Assembly: GCA_050084985.1 (NCBI GenBank)
Contig: JBITNC010000001.1
Span: forward strand, 79,174,001-79,238,000
Length of the DNA stretch: 64,000 bases
Direction: 5' to 3'
From: Nageia nagi
Lineage: Eukaryota > Plantae > Pinophyta
The notes beneath the pieces were generated by a model. It did no database searches and had not been told where the DNA came from. It saw only the letters and a list, made by a program, of their open reading frames with translations. Numbering within the stretch: position 1 is the first letter of the stretch; each line of letters begins with the position of its first letter. A program made the translations under genes and the position numbers. This document shows, piece after piece, positions 39,311 through 51,978 of the stretch.

Positions 39311-42300
39311 ATGGGAGAATCCTTTTTACCCAAACATATTCTTAATGGTTCCACCATTGGGATTTAGGAACCACGAATGAAAGCTGAATTGCAGGCAATG
39401 AAGCTTTGGCAAACAGTAAATGAAAACCTTGTACCTTCTACAGATGAGAAAGCACTAGAGGCTTGCAACACGAAGAATGAATTGGCAACCTCCATGATTT
39501 ACCGTGCAGTTTCAGATGATGTGCTCCTGATGATTTCCTCTTCAACCTCTGCAAAGGAAGCTTGGAATAAGCTTAAGCAAATCTACCTTGGTTCAAATTT
39601 TTCAAGAATGTTTACCATTCTCCACAAGTTGCTTCAATCTCATCAAGGGGAAGATGAAAATGTTTCCATCTACTTGAACAAAATCATTGACCTAAGGACC
39701 CACCTTGTTGCTTGTGGGTGCAATTGGATCAATGATGAGTTCATGGTCTTCATCATTCTTCAAAGTTTGGAAACTTTGTAACAGTTATGGAAACAAAGCT
39801 TGATGATGATAAAGAAGTCTTCTCCCTTGAAAAACTTTCTAGGCACTTTTTGAAGCATGAAGAAACTCTTAACAATAAGGTGTTGATTTCTTCTCCTAAG
39901 GATAATAATGTTGCTCTTGGAGCAACCAAAATTCTTTTCAAGAAGTTCAACCATCAATAGAAATCTTATCCTTCTTCCTCCAAAAGGATTGAGAAAGGAG
40001 GCAATGGCTACAACAGCAACAAGAACAACCGAAACAATAACCACAGAAGTAGGAACAAAGGCAACAACAACCACTTCAAGCTAAAAAATGGAAAAAGCAA
40101 AGCAAACAATCCTTATCCAAGGAAAAAGTTAAATGGTAATTGTAACTATTGTGGCATCCAAGGTCACAAAGAAGTTGATTGCTACAAAAAAAAAAGAGAG
40201 GAAAAGTACAAAGGTAATGAAAATGTAAAAAACTACAAAGGAAAGAAAAATATTCATGCTGGTTTTGTTGCGATGCTCTACTCCATGTCTCACTCTTTTT
40301 CCTCTGATTAGATTGTTGATTCTGGTTGCACTAATCACCTATGCTTTCAAAAGGAAAAGTTTGAGAACTTTCATAAGTATAGAAAAGATGCGGTTGTGAT
40401 AGGTGATAACTCTACCCTTGAAGTCTAAGGAATTGGGAGTGTGCTGATTCACGGAAAGGTTTTTGAAAATGTTCTCTATGTTCCTAAGTTAAAGATGAAC
40501 CTTCTCTCCATGATCCAAGTTGCTAGAAAAAGGTACTCTTTTGAGTTCGATTCTCAATCTTGGTGCATTAAGAAAAGACTTGCCACTTTGGTCAAAGGAT
40601 CTATGAAAGATAACCTCTACATTGTGGATCAAGTTCCATCAAAGATGTGTCTTGCTTCTAGTGTGTTCTAGAGGCAATCTTTGGCACCATCGTTTAGGGC
40701 ACCTTAACCACAAGAGTATTCAAGTCATAAAAAACCAAGAACATGTAGAAGGTTTGCCTTCAATTTCTCGTTCGATTGGTCTATGCGAGAAATGCATTCT
40801 TGGTGAGATGCATAAACAAAAGTTTGGAAAAGATAAGGCAACAAAAGCATCTCAACCTCTTCAACTTGTGCATTTAGATTTGAAGAGTCCGTTTCATACT
40901 AAGTCGCTTGGAGGAGCATCTTATGTCTTGACCTTTATTGATGATTTTAGTAGAATGACCTTTGGGTATCTACTTGAGCACAAAGATCAACCCTTTGAGA
41001 GTTTTAAGATTTTTAAAGCTTTTGTTGAGAATCAAACTAACCTTAAAATCAAGATGTTGAGATCAAATAATGGGGGAAAATATAACAACAATGAGTTCAA
41101 TGAATATTGTGCTAAGTACGGAATCAAAAGGCAGTTTACGATTCCTTACATTCCTAAGCAGAACAGTGTTGCCGAAAGGAAAAACAGAACAATTATGGAA
41201 ATGGCTAGATGCATGTTGGGTAATCTTCCTACTTTCTTGTGAGGTGAAGCTGTGAGCATTGAATAGGTGTCCCACAAAACCCGTTCAAAGTAAAACTCCT
41301 TTTGAGGCACGATCAAGAAGAAAACCTAACGTTTCTCACCTTAGGGTATTTAGTTGTGAAGCATTCTCCTACATTGTTTCTGAGAAAAGGAAGAAGTTGG
41401 ACAAAAGAGCTGAAAAATGCATCTTTATCGGTTATGACAGTCAGCATAGAGGGTACAGGCTCTTCTCTCCATCCTATAAAGCCGTGTTTGTTTCAAGGGA
41501 TGTAAAGTTTAATAAACTTCTTGAAGATTCTACTTCTACAGACGATGTTGATGATTCAGAGGACTCTTCAATTGCACCTAGCTGGTTAGATATTAATGTA
41601 GACAAGTCACCTTAGGAACAAAACTCTCCAACTCAAAGGGTAACAAGGAGCATGACCTTGAACAAATCCTTATTTGCCAAGATTGACAACAAGCATCAGC
41701 CCTCAACTTTCAAAGAAGCTTCTAAGCACGAGTGCTGGATGGAAGCCATGAAAGTGGAGTATGAGGCGCTTATGAAAAATGAAACTTGGGATTTGGTTCT
41801 TTATCCCAATGAGAAAAATGTGATTGGTAATAAATGGATCTACAAGGTCAAGTTCAATTCAGTTGGAGATATTGAGAAATACAAGGCAAGGTTAGTAGCT
41901 GAAGGTTTTGCTCAAAAATACAATGTAGATTATGAGAAAACCTTTGCTCGCATGGCAAAGTTGCCTACTATGAGAATTATCCTTGCTCTTTCTACAGCTC
42001 AAGGATGAAAAGTTTTTCAACTTGACGTCAAGATTGCATTTCTCAATGGTGACTTAGATGTGGAAATTTTCATGAATCAACCAAAAGGGTTTATTGTGGA
42101 AGGCAAAGAGTCCTTTGTGTGCAAGCTAAAAAAGTCATTGTATGGACTTAAGCAAGCACCTCTAGCCTGATACAGAAAGATTTCAAGGTACTTTGCAAAC
42201 ATTGGATTTTCCAAGTGTTTTTCTAACTCCAATCTATATGTGCTCAATCAAGGAAAAGACATGGTCTTGATTCTCCTTTATGTGGATGATCTTCAGATAA

Positions 42301-43215
42301 CTGGGAACAATGATGAAATCATTCAAAAGTGCATATCCAAACTTAAGGCAACGTTTGAAATGACTGATCTTGGTCTCTTGCACTACTATCTTGGAATGCA
42401 AATGTATAAATACAAAGATTGCACTTATCTCAATCAATCTAAGTATATATCAGATATCTTACAGAAGTTTGGAATGAAGAAATGTAGATATGCTACGATC
42501 CCAGTCTCTCCTGGAATCATTGTTTCTTTGAGCTCCAACTCTCAGTTAACTGATGCTATAGCTTACAGGCAATTAAGTGGTAGTCTTTTGTATTTGACTA
42601 TATCCAAACCAAATATTGCATTTGCAGTGAATCTGATGGCACGATTCATGCACAAACCGTACATTGAGCACCTCAATGTTGTTAAGCAAATCTAGAGGTA
42701 TGTTGCAGGGACTAAGGATCTTGCTCTCAAGTATTCTAAGTTGCCCTCCTTTGTTCTCTTTGGATTCTCAGATTCTGACTATCGGGGAGATAGAGATGAT
42801 AGAAAATCAACCTCTGCGTATGTGTTTAGCATTGGTTCAAGTGTTATCTCTTGGGCTTCCAAGAAGCAGCCTACTGTTTCTTTTTCCACCACAGAAGTTG
42901 AACACTGTGCCATATCTGTTGCAGCCCAAGAAGCCATTTGGCTAAGACATCTTCTAAAAGAAATTAGGTATGAGCAAGGTGGCTCATCTTTGATTTCTTC
43001 AGACAATCAATCGCCTATTTCTTTGGCTAAGAATCTTGTGTTCCATCAGAGAACAAAACATGTGGAAATCCACGCCCATTTTATCAGGGAGAAGGGTCTT
43101 GATGGCATCATACCTTGGAGTATTGTCCATCCACCTTGAACTCCGTTGATTTGTTCATCAAACCCCTCTCAGAAACTCAGTTTTGTAAGCTTAGGGATGT
43201 TATCGAGTTGATGAA
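39311..43215 (+). pseudogene. Copia gag-pol polyprotein remnant
   Basis: Gag (SAKEAWNKL), zinc knuckle CNYCGIQGHKEVDC, protease VDSGCTNH, LWHHRLGH, integrase (FIDDFSR, QNSVAERKNRT), RT (KYKARLVA, LYVDD), RNase H (FSDSDY, RTKHVEI) in Copia order; many stops. Confidence 0.93.
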
Positions 43216-46200
43216 GTTGCCCTCAAAGGGGAGTGAAGTTTGAATTCTTATGTTAAATTCATTTTTGTGATGACAACTTCACCCCTAGGAGGATTTTGTG
43301 TTGTATAGTGTTGATTTTGTTGTACACCTTCGTGGTAAGTTCGTTCTACGTGAAGAACTTGTTGTACAAAATTTTAAAAGCAAAAAATTCGCCAATCTAC
43401 CATTGTTCAATTATCCATATGTGAGGAACTCTTATGTGTCTTTTGGCACTGTTCAGTTATCCATATGTGAGGAACTCATATGTGCATACTCTACTTTGTA
43501 ATGATAATCAACACATGTTTTATATACAACAAGTGACTATGAGTTTTTGGCATGGCATCTTCGTGATGACTTCTGGTGCACCATTGATCAATTCATGATG
43601 GAATTTGTGTGATTCATCTTTCCTTGTTGATATAAATATGATGCATCTACCTGATCTTGTTATTTGAGCTGCTTATGACTTGCAGGTTCTTTTGAAATTG
43701 CAGGTTACTTACCTCAGGCATGCAAGCTCTTGGAGACTCTTCATGACTTCCAATTAGATGACTACTTCATGTACATTGAAACCAGTTGTGGTTAATGATT
43801 GTATTTGGCAAAGTAGTGAGTCTCAAATTAGATCTTTCTTACTTCACAAATATGTTAAAAGTTCTCATCTCCGTTGTATCTGTTTGGAGGAGAACTCTCT
43901 TACTTTCTCTTCTTCTTCTCTCTTACTCGCTCTATCCCACTATTGCATTAAGGGGGAGTGTTGGAATGTATAATGCATTATTGTAAAGGTTTTGTAATAA
44001 TCTTCTATGTAAGTTCACTAATACTTAAGGGTATCATTTGAAACCTTAAGTATTTAAGTGAATATGATAATGTAACTTGTCCTACACTCCATGTCATAAG
44101 CATGCCCCTTGGGTAAAAGGATGTGCACCCCTTGGGTAAAAGGATGTGCATGTCAGGCTTTTGTACATTGGATAAAATGGTGATCCAAAGAGAGATTTTG
44201 GCCTATAAATAGAAAGCTCCCTCTTTGTGATTATACACCAATTTTGTGGAGTAAAGTTATGCTATAGGACAGTGTTTACGAGAAAAGATTAGGAGGATTG
44301 TAAGAGTTCATATTGGTGAATGAAGTGAGATCTAGTTAGTGGATGTACTCCTAGTTGGAGGAACCACTTACATCTTGTGTTATGTTGTGAGATTGCTTTA
44401 TGAGTTCTTTAGGTGTGTTTGTGAGCTTTCATGTGATCTTGGGAGTTTAGAGTTGTTCATGTTATAGTTCAATTCTCTCAAATACCAATTTGATCTGAAG
44501 TTGATCGAGGAAGATCGACGCAGCAAGGACTACGATACAGTGATGAATGAAGTCTAGCTAATGATTAAAAAAGTTCCTTGGGACTAAGGACATCAATATC
44601 CTTAAATCTAGAAAGCAGATCAAGTTTAGCAGCGATATGGTGACATGGTGCAGTGAGATGAAGAAGACTTCAAAGACCATTACCGCGTACCTGTTGGCGA
44701 ATGAGGGCACAATGGAAGTTCTTAGCATCGGAATCAAAAACGGAGAAACCTTCATGGGGTCCAACTTCGAGGCAATCATCGCATCACATGTGCAATCTGC
44801 AAATCAGCCACCGTGATTTAGTCATTTTCCAAAATTTTGTAAATCAATCAGCCAGGAAAGTTGAGCACCAAAACTCGACTAACAATACTCTCATGATCAA
44901 TCAACCAGGTAAGTAGAGCAACAAAAGTCAGTTGACTTAGTTGTAGGAGGCAAATTTGTAATATTTTAATGTTTTTTATTTATAATTAAGGCAACACTAA
45001 GAACCCTAGAAATTCTATAAATAGACCCTATGGGGTCACTTTATATCGAATGCAAATTTGGAGAAAAGTTCAATTTTTTTCTACAGGAATAAAATTTTGG
45101 AAATTTTTATGTAACTCTTTTGCATGCTAATACAAAGTGGTGACTTATTTTCTCAAGCGATTTTTCATTGGTGGAGTGGTGAATTAGATCTCTTTTGTGG
45201 CTCTCTTTCATAGTTTGAGTGTTTTCATTCCTTTCCTTGAAAACTATCAAGTTTTAGGAAAAAATAGTTGTTCAAATTTTCAAAACACTTCAAATTGTTT
45301 TAAGTTTGCTACCTTCTACCTCTCGCATATTGAAACAAATGTATTCTAAAACTATTTCTTTTTTACATCTAATTTGAAGCTCTCATTCAAACCAAATTCC
45401 GAAAATGAGTTCTACGCTAAGTTTCTTTGATTGCATCGGTCCCGTTTGCAAAGTACCGATAGTCGATCTTGCTTTGTGCTCTAGATTCAAAGATAATTAA
45501 AAAATGTCATTTACTTTGAACTAAGATTGAATGAATGAGAACTTCTTGATTGATTAGAAAATGTCTTATTTTAGACAATGCTTTGTTGTGACAATCGTGT
45601 TGTGATCTAACCAATATTGGATCATTCTCATTTCATTTGCTTATTTTTATCTTTTCTGCATTCTTTTTTTTTACAAATCCAAAACAACTTTCAATCATAA
45701 CATAAACACCTTGTCCCTATAAAAAACGTGAGTTAACAACTTCTTCCTCTATCAAACCATTTGAGTTCATCCCCCCAAAACATATAAATTTGTGCTACTT
45801 CAACGGGAACACGAACAGACTTTGAGGTTTCAATCCTTTCAAAAGGAGGTAAGTTACACTATCACCTAAATGTTGGGTTGCTTTCCTCGTTCCGGTCGTG
45901 TGCAGACGATCATTGACCAGTAGGAAAGGTTTCCATCCCAAAAGATTTCAAGCCGTAGAAGTTCACAAAGGATAGATCTCCTCAAAACTCTATACTTTAA
46001 GTTGCATATTTGCATGTAGGGCAACTAAATCACCCCCTGTTGGTCTCCTCCATCTTCTTCTTGCTACATAGCATCATTCAACAAGAGTTTAACTATTGGG
46101 GCCCCAATTTCCATGACTATTCTCAATGGAATACTCTTGTTGGTTGTCGATGCCAACGATTCCCTTAATTCACCATTACCCATAGGCATATTGGTCTAGT

Positions 46201-48032
46201 TTGATACGTGCAACTGCAAATCATCCATCCTGGAAATTAGCACAACTGCAAATCATCCATCCTGGAAATTAGCATGTCCACAGTATCCTTTAAGAATTTC
46301 ACCATATTGAAAAACTCCAACTTCGCATCAACGGACGACATCTTTTGTTTTCTTTGTCCTCTTTGTTGATATTTGATTTCTCTATCACTAGCTAACATGC
46401 AATAACATTTTTTCTTATATCCCCTTCAACTTGGCTAGATCTTGACTCTGATACTATTATAAAGATCCAATTAAAAGACTACAAAACACAATTTTTCAAG
46501 CAAAAAAATATTTTTGATATTTTGTATTATTTTACTATAACTTACATGTAAGGAGATCCACAAAATCAAAAAAAAAAATGAAATCTGCAATAAATATGCC
46601 ATACTCACAAATACTTTCAACACCCATAATGGTGATACCAATCTGCTCCACACATCCACATAAATATTGGTTTTTTGTTATTCAAATTTGCACATTTGAG
46701 GGATTCCATCCCCAAGCTGACCTGATGATTAAATCTGATTTTGAACCACCCAAGTAGTGAAGTATTTCATCTTCAATATTTCACAAGTTGATGTACATTG
46801 TCGCTCGTACCTAAGAATAAAATTAATTGTTTTCAATATGCAAAAGATTTTCTCCTTTTTTCCCCAACAATATCTTATACAAAACACCAACTATAAAGCC
46901 ACTATGCTACATGCAATCTTTGGATTTGTCACCTTCAGTTCTACTTTGAGTCAAAGGCATACTTACTAAATTGAGTTGCACTTCACTAGTCGCACTAACC
47001 TAGGATTCTCCAACTGACTTATTGATCATTAATACACCAGCATTTCCTCCTTCACTTAGTGGGAGTTAACTGGAACACCACTTAATCAACTAAACAACCT
47101 CATGAGACTTAGTCAACTCCGTCCTTAACTTCCCTTTCAGCTCTTAACTTCCCTTTCAGCTCTCATCCTTCCAGTTGTGTTATGACTTATAACAACTACT
47201 TACTAATTTGGGAATTTAACTAACAAGAATATATAATTACTACTATTAAGCTGACCGGCCACTCATATTGTCTTCTAACACTAGCTGAGTGAACCTGACG
47301 TGTAACTAATATTAATAAGACATTATAAATTTGTGAAGATATAAACCCATATAAATCAAAATTTTAGCCATCCTTCATCAATTTTCATCTAACCACTCCA
47401 ACTTGGAGCATTAATTTGTTTTGACAAATTTTCAAATTATATCATTGAAGACACATAGGCTATATATGGGCGTCCCCATGTACTTTAAAGGCTTGAGGCT
47501 TGAATTTACATAGATGGGATTTTCTCTTACATGGATGAGAAGCATCCTTCAAAACCTTTGACCACAAATTAAAGTTGGCTGTAGGACCACGACTATGAAG
47601 GAGCTTAAAGCCCTTAAGCAAAGGTCCTCAGGATAAAGATTTTATGGGCAATCAAACCCCCACCTTTTGTCATAAAATTTTGATCAAAATATTAAAGGGT
47701 GTGCCTTACGTATGAATTTAAGCATGTTGGCTAGTGAGATATAACCTCGACGCCTCGCGCTTTTTATTTGTACATACATGTAGTAACAATCCCAATAGTT
47801 AAGGCGCCACTTCCAGTAACAGAAAGTGAAAGTTCTAATCAACAGACAACAACAATAGCACTTCTTTGGAGTTTCATCAAAGATGACTTGTTATAGATAA
47901 AAGTCATTGTACGAGCAAAATAAAAGACCATTGGCCATCTACATTGGCTGGGAAATTTGTAAAAATAAATGTTGTGTGTAAAAGAGATCACCAACCTCTC
48001 CTTCAGTACGACATTACTAGAATACTATCCTG

Positions 48033-49759
48033 GAAGATGAATTAATCTTGGAAGATGTTATGCGGATGTAGCATGCAACCACTCATTGCGAAGCATGTTG
48101 AATAAGGATTTTAATGGTCTTTGATGACATGCCAATACAATGCAGGATGAAGTAATTGTGAAAAATACAGAAAATGGTCAAAACTGTCAAAGCAAAGACT
48201 CTTTTCTAATGCAAAACGAAAAATGTTTTGATACATCAAATGTAACTGTTTTTCTGTCAAAAATGCTCAGAGACAGGGACAAAGTTAACATTACCAAGTG
48301 ATGAATGGGCAATTATTGAATAGCCTATTTTTGGAAGGATTTGGAGTGTTGATAAAAGATGTGGTGATTTGGAAAACCATTACATGTAAATTTGGATGCA
48401 GGTTGGTCGGTTTTCATATGTAATTCTTCTGCTCAGCATGATCAAGGTCTGAGACAAAATGATCTGGTAAAGGTCTCAAACATGAATCGTTTTTGGGTCT
48501 GATAGGGATTCTCCTTGCAAGACATGTCTCGTCCTTGTGTAGTGTTGTTTGCCATATGCTTTCTTGAATGATTAAATATTCTAGACTCTAGATCTTTGTG
48601 CACATGATTGATCCATAGCACAGCTTGGTCAGATCCATCTATAAGAATTATTTTTGTTGGTTGTAACCATAGAATAAAAAAACGGTTTTTTGAAAATACG
48701 GTTCCTAACGACATAAAAACGGCCAATAAACGGTCAAAATACGTTGAATACAGCAAAAATTCGTGTGTTTTAAAATTCGTAAATACAAAAAAAATGGCGA
48801 AAAAACAGACAAAAACACCAAAAAAACAGAAAAAAGTAAGACAAAAAAAACTGCCAAATTTTAGGAAAAAACAGCCAAAAAACAGTGGGTACGGCCAAAA
48901 ACCAACAAGGGGTATATTCTCCTTTTATATTTTTTGGACATTTAAACGGAAAATACGGAATAAACGGCAAAAACGAGAAAAACGGCCACGTTTTCAACCT
49001 ACAGTCAACATTTTTTGTTTGTTTTTTGCCTGTTTAAACGACATTTTTTGCTAGTAAAAAACAGCATTTTTTATGTTTTTTTTGAGAGAAAATACGGATT
49101 TTTTCAAAAAAAGAAAAAAATGGCGTTTTTTGCATTTAAACGGCGTTTTTTTATTCTATGGTTGTAACATCAATGATGGCTTGTAAACAATTTTCGAAAT
49201 CAAATTGCATAATCAAAGGGTGAGGACCTTCAAATTGACAAAATAATATGAATATCTATTGAATCCAAATGAAACGCAAGTCCAAAAATAGAGTGGAATG
49301 AATCAGATAACCAAAGATCGATCTTCAGATAGCGGAACTAGAGCTGAAATCAAATTAAACAATTGATCCAGAAAGTAGACGTAAATGGATGGGCTAGTAC
49401 CTTACCCCAAACTTTGGATTGGATTCTTCGATACCAACTGATGTGGAATAATTCCAACAGTGTTGTATTGAAAATGATGAGCTATAAATAAGGCTTAGAA
49501 AGCTGGAATTAGGCATAGCTGCCTAAACAAAGTATAACTCAAATAAGTATAAGATGCTAACAACCTATTGACTTCTCAACATGACTAACAACCAAATCAG
49601 CCGGTAAGAAAGAATGACTCCTATTTTAGGATGACTACTGTGTGTAAATTCATCCTTCAGAATAAATAGATTAATAAAATTTGTGTGCTAATAAATTATT
49701 CCTCACCAGGGTTGTTCTTATGAGGTGATATCATAAACATTCATGCTATCCTGCAACAA
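48033..49759 (+). repeat. Inverted repeat arm A (degenerate TE-derived sequence, interrupted by a MITE)
   Basis: Reverse complement of 56216-57445 apart from the 48668-49160 insertion. Confidence 0.95.
48668..49160. mobile_element. hAT-type MITE (493 bp)
   Basis: TIR CATAGAATAAAAAAACG / CGTTTTTTTATTCTATG, 8-bp TSD GTTGTAAC, AAACGG subterminal motifs. Empty site present in arm B (~56810). Confidence 0.93.
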
Positions 49760-49929
49760 TATTCTGTTAAACTAGTTAGTTACTCTCCTACACCAGACTA
49801 TTACTACCAATGTTGCATAACTCATAGGGAGGTGGGTAACATTCAATTGAAAAGTAAGTCCCAGCCATCCAAGAAAAACTTGATAACCACCACAATTGAA
49901 GAATACAAATTCTTGATTGATGAATATAT

Positions 49930-51700
49930 GCTTCTCCTCCTAACTTAGCTACTTTTGTGAGAGTTATGGACTTAAATTTCAAGCAGTTTTGGAAAATGGC
50001 AAGGATCCACCAAAACAAAATGAGTATTTATAGTGAGGAGGTGGAACCAACAAAAGTTGTAAAAAAGGTGTCGAGGACTTTAAAAAAAAACATGAAATTA
50101 TATTTTGTTGCCACAATATAGGTAAGCGAAGATTTGTCAAAGGTCACTTTTGATGAATTGGTGGGAACATTTTTATCCTATGAAAAGAGAATGGGAAACA
50201 ATGTTACATGAACTACTGAGGATGAGACCAACAGGATTGTCAATATGAATGACTGAAGCAACAGGATAGACGAGGGCATGTTTACTTGACATTCAAAAAA
50301 AAATCAGAAACAGCAAAAATTTTAAATATAATTTCTTCTATACATTCAAGCACAAATACATAATAAGAATTAAATATGAAGTCAGAAAACATTATGTATC
50401 ATTAGTGATTTCTAAATCGAATCAGGTAATGACATCTAAATGAAAAATGGCACACAATACAAAACATGATGAACTCTCCTGAGAACACGGAAGGGGGCAA
50501 TCCCTTGGAGGAAGGAAAAAGATGAAGAAATAGAACATCCATTTGCTTCAAAGGCTAGAGTCTCAAGTAGTAATAGTGAAGATAAATTTGATTTGAGAGA
50601 GGTTTCATGTTGCTTCTACAAGAAATTTCGACACTACAAAAAATATTATAATATAAGGATTGCTAACTGAAACATTGAATTTGAAATGTTCCAATCAAAT
50701 GACCAAAAAGGACTCCTTTGGTGGGCCGAATGAGAAATTCAAAAATAAGGTATAACTTGGTCACAATAAGGTATTGTAGATTACATGAGAACTTCAAGAA
50801 TAAGGTAAAACTTGGTGACAATTAGTTATTGGAGATTACTGGCAAAGGAACCTTGCAAATTGTTACTAAGGAAGACACAAGAAATATCCAAGGTGTATAT
50901 TATGTTCTTGTTTTAAGCACAATTTAATTAGTGTTAGGCAATTCGTTGAAATAAATTATAAGGTTGTTTTTGAAAAACAGGGGATGCAAAATCTATAACA
51001 AGGCAAATGGTAATCAAGTCATAGCTATTGTATCAATACTCTCAAACAGGATATTTCTACTGAAGCCAGGAATTCTTGGATGTCACAAGTGTAAGGTGGT
51101 CATGAAAGATAGTAGTTAGCTCTAACGTCTAAGGTATAGATATTTGAATTGTTAGAGCTTGCCTAGTGTACCCTATAAGAAAGACTTCTGAACTTTTGTT
51201 GATGATTGTAAAAGGAACTCCATCAGAACATTGAGAAGCGAAGGCTAAGGGGGCTCCAAAACACCTTCCCCCCTTTTTGTTGATGTGGCAGCCCATCCTA
51301 CAACTATGGCATGCCACATAAGCGAAAAAAGGGGGTGTTTGGGAGCCCCATAGACTTCGCCATAACTAATGGATCCCAAACAAGTTCAATCAGTTTTCTA
51401 ATGAGCATGGGATGAGGATGCAACTCATGGAAGCCTATACTCCTCAACAAAATGGAGAAGAGGTAAGGAAGAAACAGACTACAACGAACATGGAGATAAA
51501 TCTGTTGCATACCAAAGGAATGGGTAATCATCTTTGCTTTAAAGTAGTGGAAACAACAACATATTTTATTAATTGTAGCAAGGTAGAGGAAGTAAACCTT
51601 GGAAAACCATTTGCGACCTTTTGATTGTTTGTTTTATGTTCATGTTGTTGATGCAAGAGGGAAAACATGAACCCAAAAAGCCAAACTTGTATTTGTATAG
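49930..51700 (+). mobile_element. Degenerate Copia internal remnant
   Basis: Fragments resembling gag (EDLSKVTFDELVG), GKGTLQIVTKE..IQGVYYV and integrase (YTPQQNG). No LTRs located. Confidence 0.55.
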
Positions 51701-51799
51701 GTTAGTCCGAAGCAAGGTTACACTTCCATAGTACCAATTGCTTGGCCAAGCCTTCAAAAACACAAGAAAAATTGGAAATGTAACTTCAGAGAATCTTAC

Positions 51800-51879
51800 C
51801 TAGATCATCTTCAGCTGCACTTTGAGTACAACCAACAGCATCCCACCAATCAACTCCCACTAAGAGGCTCCACCAGAAT
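51800..51879 (-). CDS. MED16: MED16 internal exon (80 nt)
   Basis: (R)FWWSLLVGVDWWDAVGCTQSAAEDDL. tgcag acceptor, gtaag donor, phase 2/1. Confidence 0.94.
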
Positions 51880-51978
51880 CTGCAAAATCAACAAGTGCCA
51901 TCAGAATGTGAACCTGCTGGTAAACGAAAATCCAAATAGACAGATTTAACAATATACGCAGGAAACCAACACACATAC

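Larger units (their letters stand above)
36067..44480 (+). mobile_element. Full-length Ty1/Copia LTR retrotransposon (degenerate gag-pol)
   Basis: LTRs 36067-36565 and 43959-44480 (TG..CA, ~95% identical, 23-bp duplication in the 3' LTR). PBS TGGTATCAAAGC at 36568; PPT AAGGGGGAG; TSD AATAC. Confidence 0.96.
29462..46034 (+). mobile_element. Long solo-LTR-like element (~6.1 kb net of two insertions) carrying a degenerate non-pol ORF
   Basis: Starts TGTTGTGC..CATACCCCAAA..TTTTGGGGACCC, like the LTR start at 61708. Fragmented ORF from ~31164 (..IRWSKVINDCMANQLSKLMETKRFYVSSYFVFLL..) continues at 35284-36066 and 44486-44916. TATAAATAG at ~45017. Right end approximate. Confidence 0.55.
27434..47327 (-). 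mobile_element. Old Ty3/Gypsy LTR retrotransposon, host of nested insertions
   Basis: 5' LTR 47327-46458 followed by PBS-like TAGTATCAGAG. 3' LTR 28275-27434 (TGTAGTGTCC...TTTACA) preceded by PPT GAGAGGGAGG and a pol end reading EGKQILRGRICSVP. TSD AATTT on both sides. LTRs strongly diverged (roughly 75-80% by eye). Confidence 0.8.

Noticed and set aside
45811-45822. Possible LTR end (..GAACA) with imperfect TSD GACTT/GATTT for the element starting at 29462
   Set aside because: LTR-like sequence appears to continue to ~46034 and the TSD has a mismatch, so the right end was left approximate.
48442-48756. Apparent paralogous gene pair with ORF 56775-57035
   Set aside because: The similarity comes from the inverted repeat; no recognisable protein, and one ORF starts inside the MITE.
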